DNA of 64,000 nucleotides from Desulfatiglandales bacterium (lineage in GTDB: Bacteria > Desulfobacterota > DSM-4660 > Desulfatiglandales > Desulfatiglandaceae). Of this stretch, positions 10,161-18,943 are shown in pieces. How positions within the stretch are numbered: position 1 is the stretch's first letter; each line of letters opens with the position of its first letter. The DNA is taken from positions 4,768,001 through 4,832,000 of the forward strand of contig OY759599.1 in assembly GCA_963662465.1 (NCBI GenBank). The letters are read 5' to 3'. Below the pieces are notes generated by a model. The model was not told the origin of the DNA and searched no databases. It worked only from the letters and a program-made list of their open reading frames with translations. The position numbers were made by a program, and so were the translations under genes.

Positions 10161-11303
10161 ATGAACGATTTAAGCGTCGCCATCATTGTGAGAACAAAAA
10201 ACCGCCCCAAACAATTGGGGGAGGCACTCAGGAGCATAAACAATGCCCACATCCCGAATCTGGAAGTCATCGTTGTCAATGATGGGGGAATGGATGTGCA
10301 ACAGGTTGTAACAGCTGCCTCGGCCAACGGGACGTCCTATGCCTACTTGTCTTTAGCAACCAATCAGGGGCGATCGGAAGCGGGAAATCTGGGCGCTGAA
10401 GCCTCCCGGGCGCCCCATATCTTCTTCCTGGACGATGACGACCTGCTGGCGCCGGATTTCCCGTCGCTGCTGAAACGCTTTGATGAGCATCATGGTCCCC
10501 AGGACAACCTGGTTTTATACGGAAAGGTCGAAGCGTTTCACTGCAATCCGGATGGTTCAAAGAGGGATACGTATCGCTTTTTTGGAAGAGACTTTGACCC
10601 CGTCGCGCTTCTGTGGGAAAATTATATCCCTTTTAACGCCGCCATCATTCCCCGAGATCTTTTCCTTCAGGTAGGCGGGCTTGACTCGCAGCTGAAAGTT
10701 TTTGAAGACTGGGATCTTTTTCTAAAACTGAGTCAAAAGGCGAAGATCGTATATCATCCCATTCTGGTGGCCTATTACCGGCTTTTCGAGAATGCGTTTA
10801 TCCTCGGCGGCAGTGCAAAACTTCAATCGGACTGTCGCATCAGAATACTGGAAAAACACTGGGAAAAATATACACCCCAATCCCTTGCCGGAATATACGA
10901 CATGGTAAAGCGAGACCTGCGCCATGAATTTCTGCCGGAAGCTGCCCGACTTGAGGCGGAAAGAGAACGCTGGTCGAAAATGGACATGGAGCGCAAAACA
11001 TTCATCGACGAGTTGACGGATCAAATTTCCCAAAAGGATGGCTATATTGCTGAACTAACCAAGGAAATTGAAAGAAAAGGAAATTATATCGATGGGCTGG
11101 CTAAGGAAATTGAGAGAAAAGGAAACTATATCGATGAACTGGCCGTGGAAATCAACCGTAAGGGAAAATACATCGAGACGCTGGAACATGAAAGGATTGA
11201 GTGGCATTCAATGAATTCCGAACGGTCAGTTTTCATTCGAGGTTTGCAGCAGAAAATTAAGGACCTGAAAAATATACTTGAGAAATCCGACGTAAACCCC
11301 TAG
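10161..11303 (+). CDS. GT2 glycosyltransferase with C-terminal coiled-coil repeats
   Basis: IIVRTKNRP, VVNDGG, FLDDDD, EDWDL; 14-aa repeats at C-terminus. Confidence 0.85.
   Translation: MNDLSVAIIVRTKNRPKQLGEALRSINNAHIPNLEVIVVNDGGMDVQQVVTAASANGTSYAYLSLATNQGRSEAGNLGAEASRAPHIFFLDDDDLLAPDFPSLLKRFDEHHGPQDNLVLYGKVEAFHCNPDGSKRDTYRFFGRDFDPVALLWENYIPFNAAIIPRDLFLQVGGLDSQLKVFEDWDLFLKLSQKAKIVYHPILVAYYRLFENAFILGGSAKLQSDCRIRILEKHWEKYTPQSLAGIYDMVKRDLRHEFLPEAARLEAERERWSKMDMERKTFIDELTDQISQKDGYIAELTKEIERKGNYIDGLAKEIERKGNYIDELAVEINRKGKYIETLEHERIEWHSMNSERSVFIRGLQQKIKDLKNILEKSDVNP
11042..11177 (+). repeat. About 3 imperfect 42-bp tandem repeats encoding 14-aa (two-heptad) units
   Basis: YIAELTKEIERKGN / YIDGLAKEIERKGN / YIDELAVEINRKGK; DNA unit contains aaggaaattga.agaaaaggaaa. 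Confidence 0.85.
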
Positions 11304-11373
11304 AAATAAATACTCCAATTTCAAATTTTGATAGCCGCAAAGAAATAAAACCATTATGTCATATTGTTTTTTC

Positions 11374-11528
11374 GGTTCATCGCGGATTAACGTGAAATCG
11401 CGCTTTGCGATTGTTTCGGTTTGGGCTGTAGGTGCGACTTTAGTCGCACAAGGTAGGCTTAATGTGCGACTAAAGTCGCACCTACAATCGGCTTAGAAGC
11501 CAAATCTCACGCGAATCCACGATGAGCT
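11374..11528. mobile_element. 155-bp MITE-like element with 8-bp target duplication and internal REP doublet
   Basis: Imperfect 25-bp TIRs GGTTCATCGCGGATTAACGTGAAAT / ATCTCACGCGAATCCACGATGAGCT; GTTTTTTC at 11366-11373 and 11529-11536. Confidence 0.75.
11427..11486. repeat. GTAG-type REP doublet (REPIN-like)
   Basis: Perfect 24-bp inverted pair TGTAGGTGCGACTTTAGTCGCACA (11427-11450) / TGTGCGACTAAAGTCGCACCTACA (11463-11486), each internally palindromic. Confidence 0.85.
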
Positions 11529-11593
11529 GTTTTTTCTAACTTGGGCACCCCATGCTATAAGAGAAAAAAAGCAAGCTATTCCATCACCTTGAT

Positions 11594-11955
11594 ATGGCCG
11601 TTCGGCGTAGTCTGGGAAACATTTTTCTTTTCCTGAACAATGATATGGAAATCGTTAATGCCGAGTGGCCCACAGCCCTTCTGGAACATTCGCAACGACC
11701 GGAAATCGGCGCCGTTGGCGCTAAACTCGTCTATCCCGACGACCTCATTCAACATACAGGCGTAATTCAGGGTGTTAACGGTTGTGCCGGGCACAACCAT
11801 CAATTTTTTTCTGAAAACAAACACTAGCGTCCCTGCGGAGGCCACCTGGACCAACTGCTCTGCGTACGGGAACGTGCAGCAGTTACCGCAGCATGTATGA
11901 TGGTACGACGTGAAGTATTCAAAAAAGCGGGGGATTTCGATGAGGATTTCGCGGG
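11594..11955 (+). pseudogene. Remnant of a GT2 domain (frameshifted)
   Basis: FLFLNNDMEIVNAEW...GAVGAKLVYPDDLIQHTG then, in another frame, AVTAACMMVRREVFKKAGDFDEDFA; no intact start or end. Confidence 0.75.
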
Positions 11956-12041
11956 GGAAACAGGAAGACGACTTGCCTTTTTATCATATCAACCTCCAAT
12001 TTTAATTTTAAAAAAATTAAAAAAATACCGTTATTAAACTA

Positions 12042-12142
12042 TAGTGCCGGTCAATTGAACTGATACCCGTTTCGCACTGTAAGTGCTTGATTTTAAGGCT
12101 TTAAAAGCTCTAAATTAGTATCAAGTCATGTGACCGGCACTA
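12042..12142. mobile_element. ~100-bp IS630-like MITE with TA ends
   Basis: TATAGTGCCGGTCA (12040-12053) / TGACCGGCACTATA (12131-12144) perfect 14-bp IR, imperfectly extended; internal IHF-like site (AATCAAGCACTTA on minus strand). Confidence 0.75.
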
Positions 12143-12898
12143 TAATTGATTCAACCCGGAAAACAATTTTGACGTAATGACTCTCATTTTGGCCATACGG
12201 AAAACAAATGCCGTTAACAGACACCCGGAACCATATTTTACACTCCTGAAAAAATCAATGGAAGATGCTTCGGGAAAATATTTTGTCGGGCAAGTGATTT
12301 CAGCAACGGCATATCCCATCCAAATGATTTGTGTGAGCATCTGATTGTCAAATAGAAAATCATTCGAATTATTCTCGAGTGGAAGTTTTTCAAGCAATTC
12401 GCGCGAAAAAGCGCGGAACCCAGTGTGGTATTCAGAGAGCTTTGCGCCCGTCAAAACATTTTCCACCAGTGTAAGCAATCGATTTGCCAGATATTTCCAT
12501 GCCGGCATGCCATTTTTTAGAGCATACCCTCCAAGTATCCTGGACCCTAGCACACAATGATATAAATCGTTTCCGATCATTGAAGCCATGGCAGGAATCA
12601 GTTTTGGTGTATATTGGTAGTCCGGGTGAACCATAATGATTATATCGGCCCCTCTCTTTAAAGAGATTTCATAGCATGTTTTCTGGTTGCCGCCATATCC
12701 CAGATTTAAAGAATGAACATGAACGACGGAATTTGGCAATTTTTTCGCAATGTCAACGGTTTCATCCTCGCTTGCGTCATCAACGATGACCACTTCGTCG
12801 ACAATTTCCTGTGCCATTACTTCATCATAGGTCTTCCGCAGTGTTCTGGCCGCATTGAACGTGGGCATTACAACAACGACTCGCTTATCTTTGTACAC
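12140..12898 (-). CDS. GT2, polyprenol-phosphate glycosyltransferase-like (DPM/GtrB-like)
   Basis: VVVMPTFNA, VDDASEDET, NLGYGGNQK, MVHPDYQY, SEYHTGFRAFS. Confidence 0.9.
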   Translation of the reverse strand: MYKDKRVVVVMPTFNAARTLRKTYDEVMAQEIVDEVVIVDDASEDETVDIAKKLPNSVVHVHSLNLGYGGNQKTCYEISLKRGADIIIMVHPDYQYTPKLIPAMASMIGNDLYHCVLGSRILGGYALKNGMPAWKYLANRLLTLVENVLTGAKLSEYHTGFRAFSRELLEKLPLENNSNDFLFDNQMLTQIIWMGYAVAEITCPTKYFPEASSIDFFRSVKYGSGCLLTAFVFRMAKMRVITSKLFSGLNQL

Positions 12899-13040
12899 GG
12901 CCGCCCCTTGAGAATTCTTTCTATCAAATAGATTTAATTTATGCTTTCCTAAAGGTCCATATTATTTGGGTGTGGCTCTTTTGCATTTTTCGATATGACG
13001 ATCCCGTGGTTGCTATCCTATTCATTCGTCTGTTGAGAGC

Positions 13041-13589
13041 TTACTTGATTATTTTAAGATGGCCGGTGTTTTTAGTAGATGACTTTGAGTTTGTTGTGGC
13101 AGGGACTGAGCCGTCAGCATAGAGTGCTTGATGATTTCGTTTGTACTCATAATCCTCATGAAAAGTCCGGTACTCATCGAAATCCTTGCTTGAACGTAAG
13201 GCCCGTAAACGTAATACTGCTTCGGCTCCCTGAAATGAATAAATCTCTGGGGGAAGGTTCAGTTCGGCATCCAGAGGATGAAGACTTTTACATCCTTGCT
13301 TGCCGTATCCGGCACGGTTGAACTCAACCCTGCCGAACACCGTTTCAATCTTTCGATCATGGGTAGGTGTTTCAATTCGTTCGATTCTATCTGTATCTCT
13401 CACAGGTTGATTGCTTGTGCCGGGGCTGCGGTTATTAAGATGTTCCTGAAGCAAAATGCGCATCGACTCACGCCCCCGCTTCTCAATCTCCTGTTCTAAT
13501 TTGCTCATATCCATCGAATTTCCCTCTCCGGAATCAAGGATACTTATGATGCGCTCAAAATAATCATGACTCTGACCATCAGACATCAT
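13041..13589 (-). pseudogene. ISKra4-like transposase with large internal deletion
   Basis: N-terminal part (RKIETVFGRVEFNRAGY...LHPLDAELNLP) fused directly to C-terminal part (GAEAVLRLRALRSSKDFDEY); catalytic core missing. Confidence 0.75.
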
Positions 13590-13662
13590 AGTAAATGACG
13601 TTTTTTCTCAATTCAAATTGTGCATTTAGTTCAACAGCGGCCTTGATCATTGTTTCGGCCAT

Positions 13663-13688
13663 TAGGGCGAAAGATTTTTCGCCCCTAC
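13663..13688 (-). repeat. GTAG-type REP
   Basis: Minus strand GTAGGGGCGAAAAATCTTTCGCCCTA, a hairpin preceded by GTAG. Confidence 0.7.
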
Positions 13689-13742
13689 ATGTGGTCGAAA
13701 CACGATACCCTGCGTAGGATGGCTGAAACGATGAGCAAGGCT

Positions 13743-16010
13743 TTAACAGCAATAACCCACTTGAGGGATTGAGGAGATGCGAAAATAAAGGTCGAACTCC
13801 ATGCGACCTCTCAATTTGGGCGACATAGTGTTTATCAGATGGCAAAATCTTGTTGCTGCCTTCCGATGCTTTTTGTCCTCTATCCAATCTAAAAGCACAA
13901 CAAGTGTTTTCCCGACTAATTTCACATAACCAGGGAGTTTTGTGACCTTTGTCAGGATCTGTTTCACATCCCGCGGATCATCATAACATGAACGGAACAG
14001 GCCAACCAGATGCTCGCGTGAGTGAAAGGCAATCATTTGTATCAGGTCGTAGAGCTTCTTTTTCTCCAGATCTGCCTTGTTCATTGGTCTGCCTTTCAGC
14101 ACTTCAATTATCGATACTTTGTCAGGCATTTCTTTTAAGGCTGCCTGAAAACCGTCAAGCTCTTTGTCGTATTTCTCTATCTCTTCCTGGAGCGTGTTTA
14201 GCTTTTTTTTAAGACGAAGATCTTTTCGTGCTTCTATTTTGGACTCTGTTTGTTGTTTTGCAAGCGCCAATTGCCCCATCTTTTGTTTAATTCCCTTGAT
14301 CGTTTTTTTGATTGTTTTTACCTCAGGATTATCTACAAGAGGCTGTTCTTCAAGTTCTTTAAGATCATAACCGGGATGATAATTGAAGTTGTACAGGGAC
14401 ATCATCTCTTTGAAAAAGTTTTCAGACTCTCCCCATCGTGAAAGCATATATGCGGCAATATCAGGAGCAGGCTTTTGATGATTGCTGGTATATATTGCCA
14501 CAGGTCTATCCTTGTCCAATTCCTTGAAAACAACCATACGTACTTCTGTCGAAGTTGCCTCTGTTCGGCCTTCTTTGGCAGCTGTAGAAATCGATTCACG
14601 AATCAGTTTTGTTTTCTCGGCAATGAGATATCTTTTCCCATTAAACATCAAGCAGCTCGTATATTCCAAGTCTTTCAATTCATCTTTTTTCACATACCTG
14701 GCCCACGTAATAAAGTCAGCCCTTTTCGATAATTGACTGAAAAAGTGAACACCATAACCACCGCGATCAAAAACCACAATGGGGCGGTCGACACCCAGGC
14801 TGATTATCTTGTCGGCCGCTCTTATGATGATCGGCCTGAAATCGATATCACACCCTTCGGTAATTGAAAAGAAAGGCTTCCCGTCAAGGTCGCTGACAAC
14901 ATAAATCTCGTTTCCTTTCATGACAATTCGTCTCACGGTATGGTAGCCTTTGGATAGAACTTTCAGTCCATAATAGGGAAGGAAGTGCCCATCGATAAAA
15001 AACACCTCTGGGTTGATGAACCCCAACGATAGAAACAGGTTTGCGAAATAATCTATCAGGCTCTCTGAGGGCTTGAACTCGGCCATCTGTTTTAAACGCA
15101 ACCGAATAGTGGTCTCATCGGGGGAACTGGTTCGTCCCAGCAAAAGCCCCATGTCCCTACTGTTGACCAGCTTATGGGATTCGATAGATGGCAACCCGAT
15201 GTTCAACCCGAAAAGGACAGTTTCCATCACTTCATAATTATCATACATATTATTGGAATAAGAAGGCAAATCAAAGGCATTTGGGAAGTTGATATGATCT
15301 AAAAACAGATGGTGAAGAAGCATGCCGGCAAAGACATTGCGTTGTCCCTGTTGAAGATAATCCAGGAATACTTTATCTGTATCGGTTTGTGGCTTGGGTG
15401 TATCCTCATCAGCAAATTCATCTACCTTCTTTTTGAACTCAGAATCAGCCTCAAAGTTGAAAGAAAGCTGTCGCTCGTCGTGTTGCTTCAAATCAATACT
15501 ATCCGCAATTTTAGCCAGTTGCTCCAAGTCATGCTTTGTAGGCTTTTCAGTTTCTGCATCTTGGTCCGCGGTTCTGATACGAGCTACAGCACTTCTCGAA
15601 ATAGTCGTTTCAGTTTGCTTTTCCGCGGCATTTGCAATCTGCTGGTCAGTCCAGTCAGGATTCTCGCGGATAAGTTTTTTGATGGTTTTGCGAATGCTGC
15701 CAATATATTTCCAGGGAGCCTTGGGACCACGGTTGTCCTCAAATATGGCCTCAACACCTAAAAGTCTTTTGGTGCGAAGCAGTTTGCCAACCGTATTGCG
15801 GTGAAACCCACAGATTTTACCGGCAACCCGGTTTTTACAATAACCAAGCTCGACAAGTTGTACGGCAGCGAGTCTCCTATCATTTATCTTCCCAGGATCG
15901 AAACTGACGACAGGACGATACTCATGATAAACCGTAACAGTGATTTTTTCCTTCCAATCCCGCTCGGTCCATATGGATAGGTCGCTAATTTTTTCTGTTT
16001 TGACAATCAT
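13743..16010 (-). CDS. Large DDE transposase (755 aa) with N-terminal HTH; family and element ends unresolved
   Basis: FFIDGHF, VVFDRGGY and RWGESENFFKE fit a DDE triad; HTH-like N-terminus; coiled coil after E. Confidence 0.75.
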   Translation of the reverse strand: MIVKTEKISDLSIWTERDWKEKITVTVYHEYRPVVSFDPGKINDRRLAAVQLVELGYCKNRVAGKICGFHRNTVGKLLRTKRLLGVEAIFEDNRGPKAPWKYIGSIRKTIKKLIRENPDWTDQQIANAAEKQTETTISRSAVARIRTADQDAETEKPTKHDLEQLAKIADSIDLKQHDERQLSFNFEADSEFKKKVDEFADEDTPKPQTDTDKVFLDYLQQGQRNVFAGMLLHHLFLDHINFPNAFDLPSYSNNMYDNYEVMETVLFGLNIGLPSIESHKLVNSRDMGLLLGRTSSPDETTIRLRLKQMAEFKPSESLIDYFANLFLSLGFINPEVFFIDGHFLPYYGLKVLSKGYHTVRRIVMKGNEIYVVSDLDGKPFFSITEGCDIDFRPIIIRAADKIISLGVDRPIVVFDRGGYGVHFFSQLSKRADFITWARYVKKDELKDLEYTSCLMFNGKRYLIAEKTKLIRESISTAAKEGRTEATSTEVRMVVFKELDKDRPVAIYTSNHQKPAPDIAAYMLSRWGESENFFKEMMSLYNFNYHPGYDLKELEEQPLVDNPEVKTIKKTIKGIKQKMGQLALAKQQTESKIEARKDLRLKKKLNTLQEEIEKYDKELDGFQAALKEMPDKVSIIEVLKGRPMNKADLEKKKLYDLIQMIAFHSREHLVGLFRSCYDDPRDVKQILTKVTKLPGYVKLVGKTLVVLLDWIEDKKHRKAATRFCHLINTMSPKLRGRMEFDLYFRISSIPQVGYCC

Positions 16011-16241
16011 GGTCTGAAGATAATTTTTCAGTTTTCATTTGTCAATAAAAAAAATATTTTGCCCCACCTAATATTTTCAGCTAGTTACGCTGCACTAAAA
16101 TCTGAAATGCACACGAAATTATGAGAAGCTCCAGTATAACGATTTCAAACAGTTAAGTTGCGTAAAGGTCATTTACCAGGAACTCTGGACCATAAGGATA
16201 TTCCAGGGAAAAAAGTGCTGGAGCTACTCCCATAATAAGTG

Positions 16242-17138
16242 CTATCTCCCCCCTTTGAGCCGGCGGACAGCATTTTTTACCAGTGGGTAAACCAGGATGG
16301 TTTTCACATCTGTTCCGTACCGTTTACCGGCTCTGTCCATTCGTCCGCGACCGCTGGTTCTTCCCAGTTCAATCCAGTTGGCTGCCCGGTAACACCCACC
16401 ATAATAACGCTTCCGGTCCACCAGCGTTTCCACCAACAAGGGATACAACCCATGATGGCCTCGCCAGTCCTCTCGAAGCCGACTCAGGACACACGAAAGC
16501 AGCAAACTGGCAAGATTACGTATCCTGGGCAGGACCAACAATCGACTGTTATTTACGATCTGCTGAAGACCTCGCCCGCGTGTCGCGTCATCCCAGCCAA
16601 TCCATTGATCCCTGGCCTTCATCCGCCAAGCTGGACTGGAGAATTGAACACAGCCGACAACTTGTCGAATGGGACGGGGTTACGTATACCAGATATTGAA
16701 GCTTCGCTCCAAAGGGCATGGCATATCCAAGATAGTGGTAACGGCTTACAAGATCTTTGAAAAGTCGGCGCTGTTGCGCACTTTTGACCAGTTCCATATC
16801 CAGGGGCGAAAACGCCTCTACACTCCCGACAGTCCGGCCCAAGCCGGAGAATCTTTTGCCGGAGCAATGTGCCGTCTCGTACCTTTCCTCGATCCGTTCC
16901 CATGGCTCTCCGGAAGCTTGAAATACCCCTCGCTTTCCAATCGCTCCAAAAAGTTCAGGCACTCCCGACCTTTGATACCCCCATTAGGCCGTCTCCACTC
17001 CAGCAGTTCGCTCACCGTATACGACAATTCTGTTCAGCTGATTCCTGAACAGCTCTCGACCACTTCCTGAATCAAGGAAACGTCTTGGGGGGCAAACTCA
17101 CGCCCACTAAATCGGTGATTGTCTCTTGCTCTGATCAT
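16242..17138 (-). pseudogene. DUF4338 (DruA-like) IS-associated protein, disrupted
   Basis: Pieces RFSGREF..., YHYLGYAMPFGAKLQYLV, SPAWRMKARDQWIGW...VNNSRLLVLP...NLAS...ETLVD...GCYRAANW...GRTSGRGR; in-frame TGA near 17035 plus frameshifts. Confidence 0.75.
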
Positions 17139-17572
17139 GACGTTTCACCATTCGCATATAGCAAGAAACTGAAACAAGCGCCAAAAAAAACTTTCTTCAC
17201 TTTTCCACCATCCACTGTCCACGGACGCAAAAACCCGGACATAGCTTTTTACTGAGATGTTATTCTCGAAAAAAACCTCAGAAACTTGGCCTACAGATCA
17301 CCTAACATGCCATTATTTATCGCTTTTGTGCGTGATTCAAAAGAGCCGCACCCTTTGAGATTAGAGTACGCTGAATGAAGATACATCTCTACGCTCCATT
17401 TTTTTAAGTCCTTTGTTTTATACTTACGTTCGCTATAGTTATGGTGTACGTAACCGGCATGGACCCTATTATTATTTACAGAAGTCGACCCATAGGTTCC
17501 ACACTTATCCATTTGAGGGCTAACTAAACGATCCAACCGTAAAATGATGCTGTAGATAAAAACAGTGAAATT

Positions 17573-17835
17573 TCAGTCAAGATGACAATCTGTTTCTTTT
17601 GCTATCTTCTCACCTCTTTTTACTGCGTAGCTCACCGCCGCAAGCGTCATGTCAAGTCTTTTTGACAAATCTGACATTGGAATCCCAAGCTCAATGGCAC
17701 ACCAATAACAGAGTAAATCCCTGGCCCGGACCCTTCCTTTTGCCTTCCTCTTGCGATTATGTAATCCTTTTCCAGATCGAATACTGAAGAAACCCTCTCA
17801 GCAACCTTTTCAAAATCAAAGCCACGGCTTTTCAC
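17573..17835 (-). pseudogene. C-terminal helical remnant of a REP-associated/IS200-like tyrosine transposase
   Basis: FDFEKVAERVSSVFDLEKDYI then, after a frameshift, ARDLLCYWCAIELGIPMSDLSKRLDMTLAAVSYAVKRGEKIAK. Confidence 0.6.
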
Positions 17836-18943
17836 GTCCCTCCGACCCTCTAAAAATTAATGACTTCTGAAGAAGAAAGCCTATTATAAATAAACTCAAG
17901 TCAACAATGATCTTGATAAAAGTTACATTCCATCCATAAGCAATTGTAATGTTATTTACTGTAAATGCCGAAATTGTTGCGATTGCAGTTGCTAATACAA
18001 TATAATAAACAAATTCCTTAACAATTGTATCTTTTTTATGGGATCGAAATACTACAAATTTATTAAAGATAAAGTTTAGTGATCCAGAGAATATTCTGGC
18101 CAAATAAGTGCTGGATATTATATCTGATGAATAATAATATAATAAAACAAATCCTACAATATCAATTAAAAAAGAAGCAATTGATATAAATACAAACCTC
18201 AAAAATACGATATAAATCATCATGGAATCTATGACAGGCCTGAAATGTGACGATTTATTATTATTTATATAAATTGTTTTTATTGGAATTTGAACGATTT
18301 CGAGGTCCATAATTTTCGCTAACAATAGACATTCAAGTTCAAATGCATATCCATTTGATGATATTTTAAGTGCTTCTCTCAAAAAATTAAAAGGTATACT
18401 ACGTAATCCAGTCTGAGTATCGTCTAAACTAACCTTATTGGTTAGTTTTAGAATAATTTTCGTGAGCTCATTGCCAAATTTACTTCGTAGAGGTATTGAT
18501 CCTGAGAAATCTCTAACACCAAGAACTAAGCTTTTGTCGAAATCATTACTTGCATATGCAATTTTGATGACATCTTCCACTCTATGCTGCCCATCGGCAT
18601 CAAGAGTAATAATCGTTTTTGTTTTATGTGATAGATTCTCAAAAACATATTGAAAACCGCTTTTAAGAGCTGCCCCTTTCCCCAAATTTTTTTTATGGTG
18701 CAATATACAAGTTTCTTTTATCTCACGGATTTTAGTAAAGATGTCAGAATATTTTTGAGCGGAACCATCGTTTATAACGACAATACTATTAAATCCTTGA
18801 ACCGACAAGCGGCTCACTAACTCTACTATACAGTCCTCTGGGTTGTAGGCTGGTATTATAAGAGTTATATTATCAAAAAAAAATTTTCGCCCAAAATTTT
18901 GATTTATCATTTTATGGTTGGCATTGTGACAACAAATTTTCAT
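17816..18943 (-). CDS. Bifunctional GT2-GtrA protein (lipid-sugar synthase plus flippase), AT-rich
   Basis: IIPAYNP, INDGS, GKGAALK, TLDADGQH, DTQTGLR, SHFRP; four TM helices at C-terminus. Confidence 0.88.
   Translation of the reverse strand: MKICCHNANHKMINQNFGRKFFFDNITLIIPAYNPEDCIVELVSRLSVQGFNSIVVINDGSAQKYSDIFTKIREIKETCILHHKKNLGKGAALKSGFQYVFENLSHKTKTIITLDADGQHRVEDVIKIAYASNDFDKSLVLGVRDFSGSIPLRSKFGNELTKIILKLTNKVSLDDTQTGLRSIPFNFLREALKISSNGYAFELECLLLAKIMDLEIVQIPIKTIYINNNKSSHFRPVIDSMMIYIVFLRFVFISIASFLIDIVGFVLLYYYSSDIISSTYLARIFSGSLNFIFNKFVVFRSHKKDTIVKEFVYYIVLATAIATISAFTVNNITIAYGWNVTFIKIIVDLSLFIIGFLLQKSLIFRGSEGREKPWL

Larger units (their letters stand above)
12968..17353. mobile_element. Nested mobile-element block bounded by ISKra4/IS256-like inverted repeats
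   Basis: GGGTGTGGCTCTTTTG (12968-12983) vs CAAAAGAGCCGCACCC (17338-17353), 15/16 inverted match; only transposase-type genes inside; no clear TSD. Confidence 0.6.

Noticed and set aside
11042..11528. CRISPR array
   Set aside because: The repeats are coding tandem units or inverted REPs without unique spacers; no cas genes
16242..17138. Druantia anti-phage system
   Set aside because: Only a disrupted DUF4338 gene among IS remnants; no DruE helicase or other dru genes
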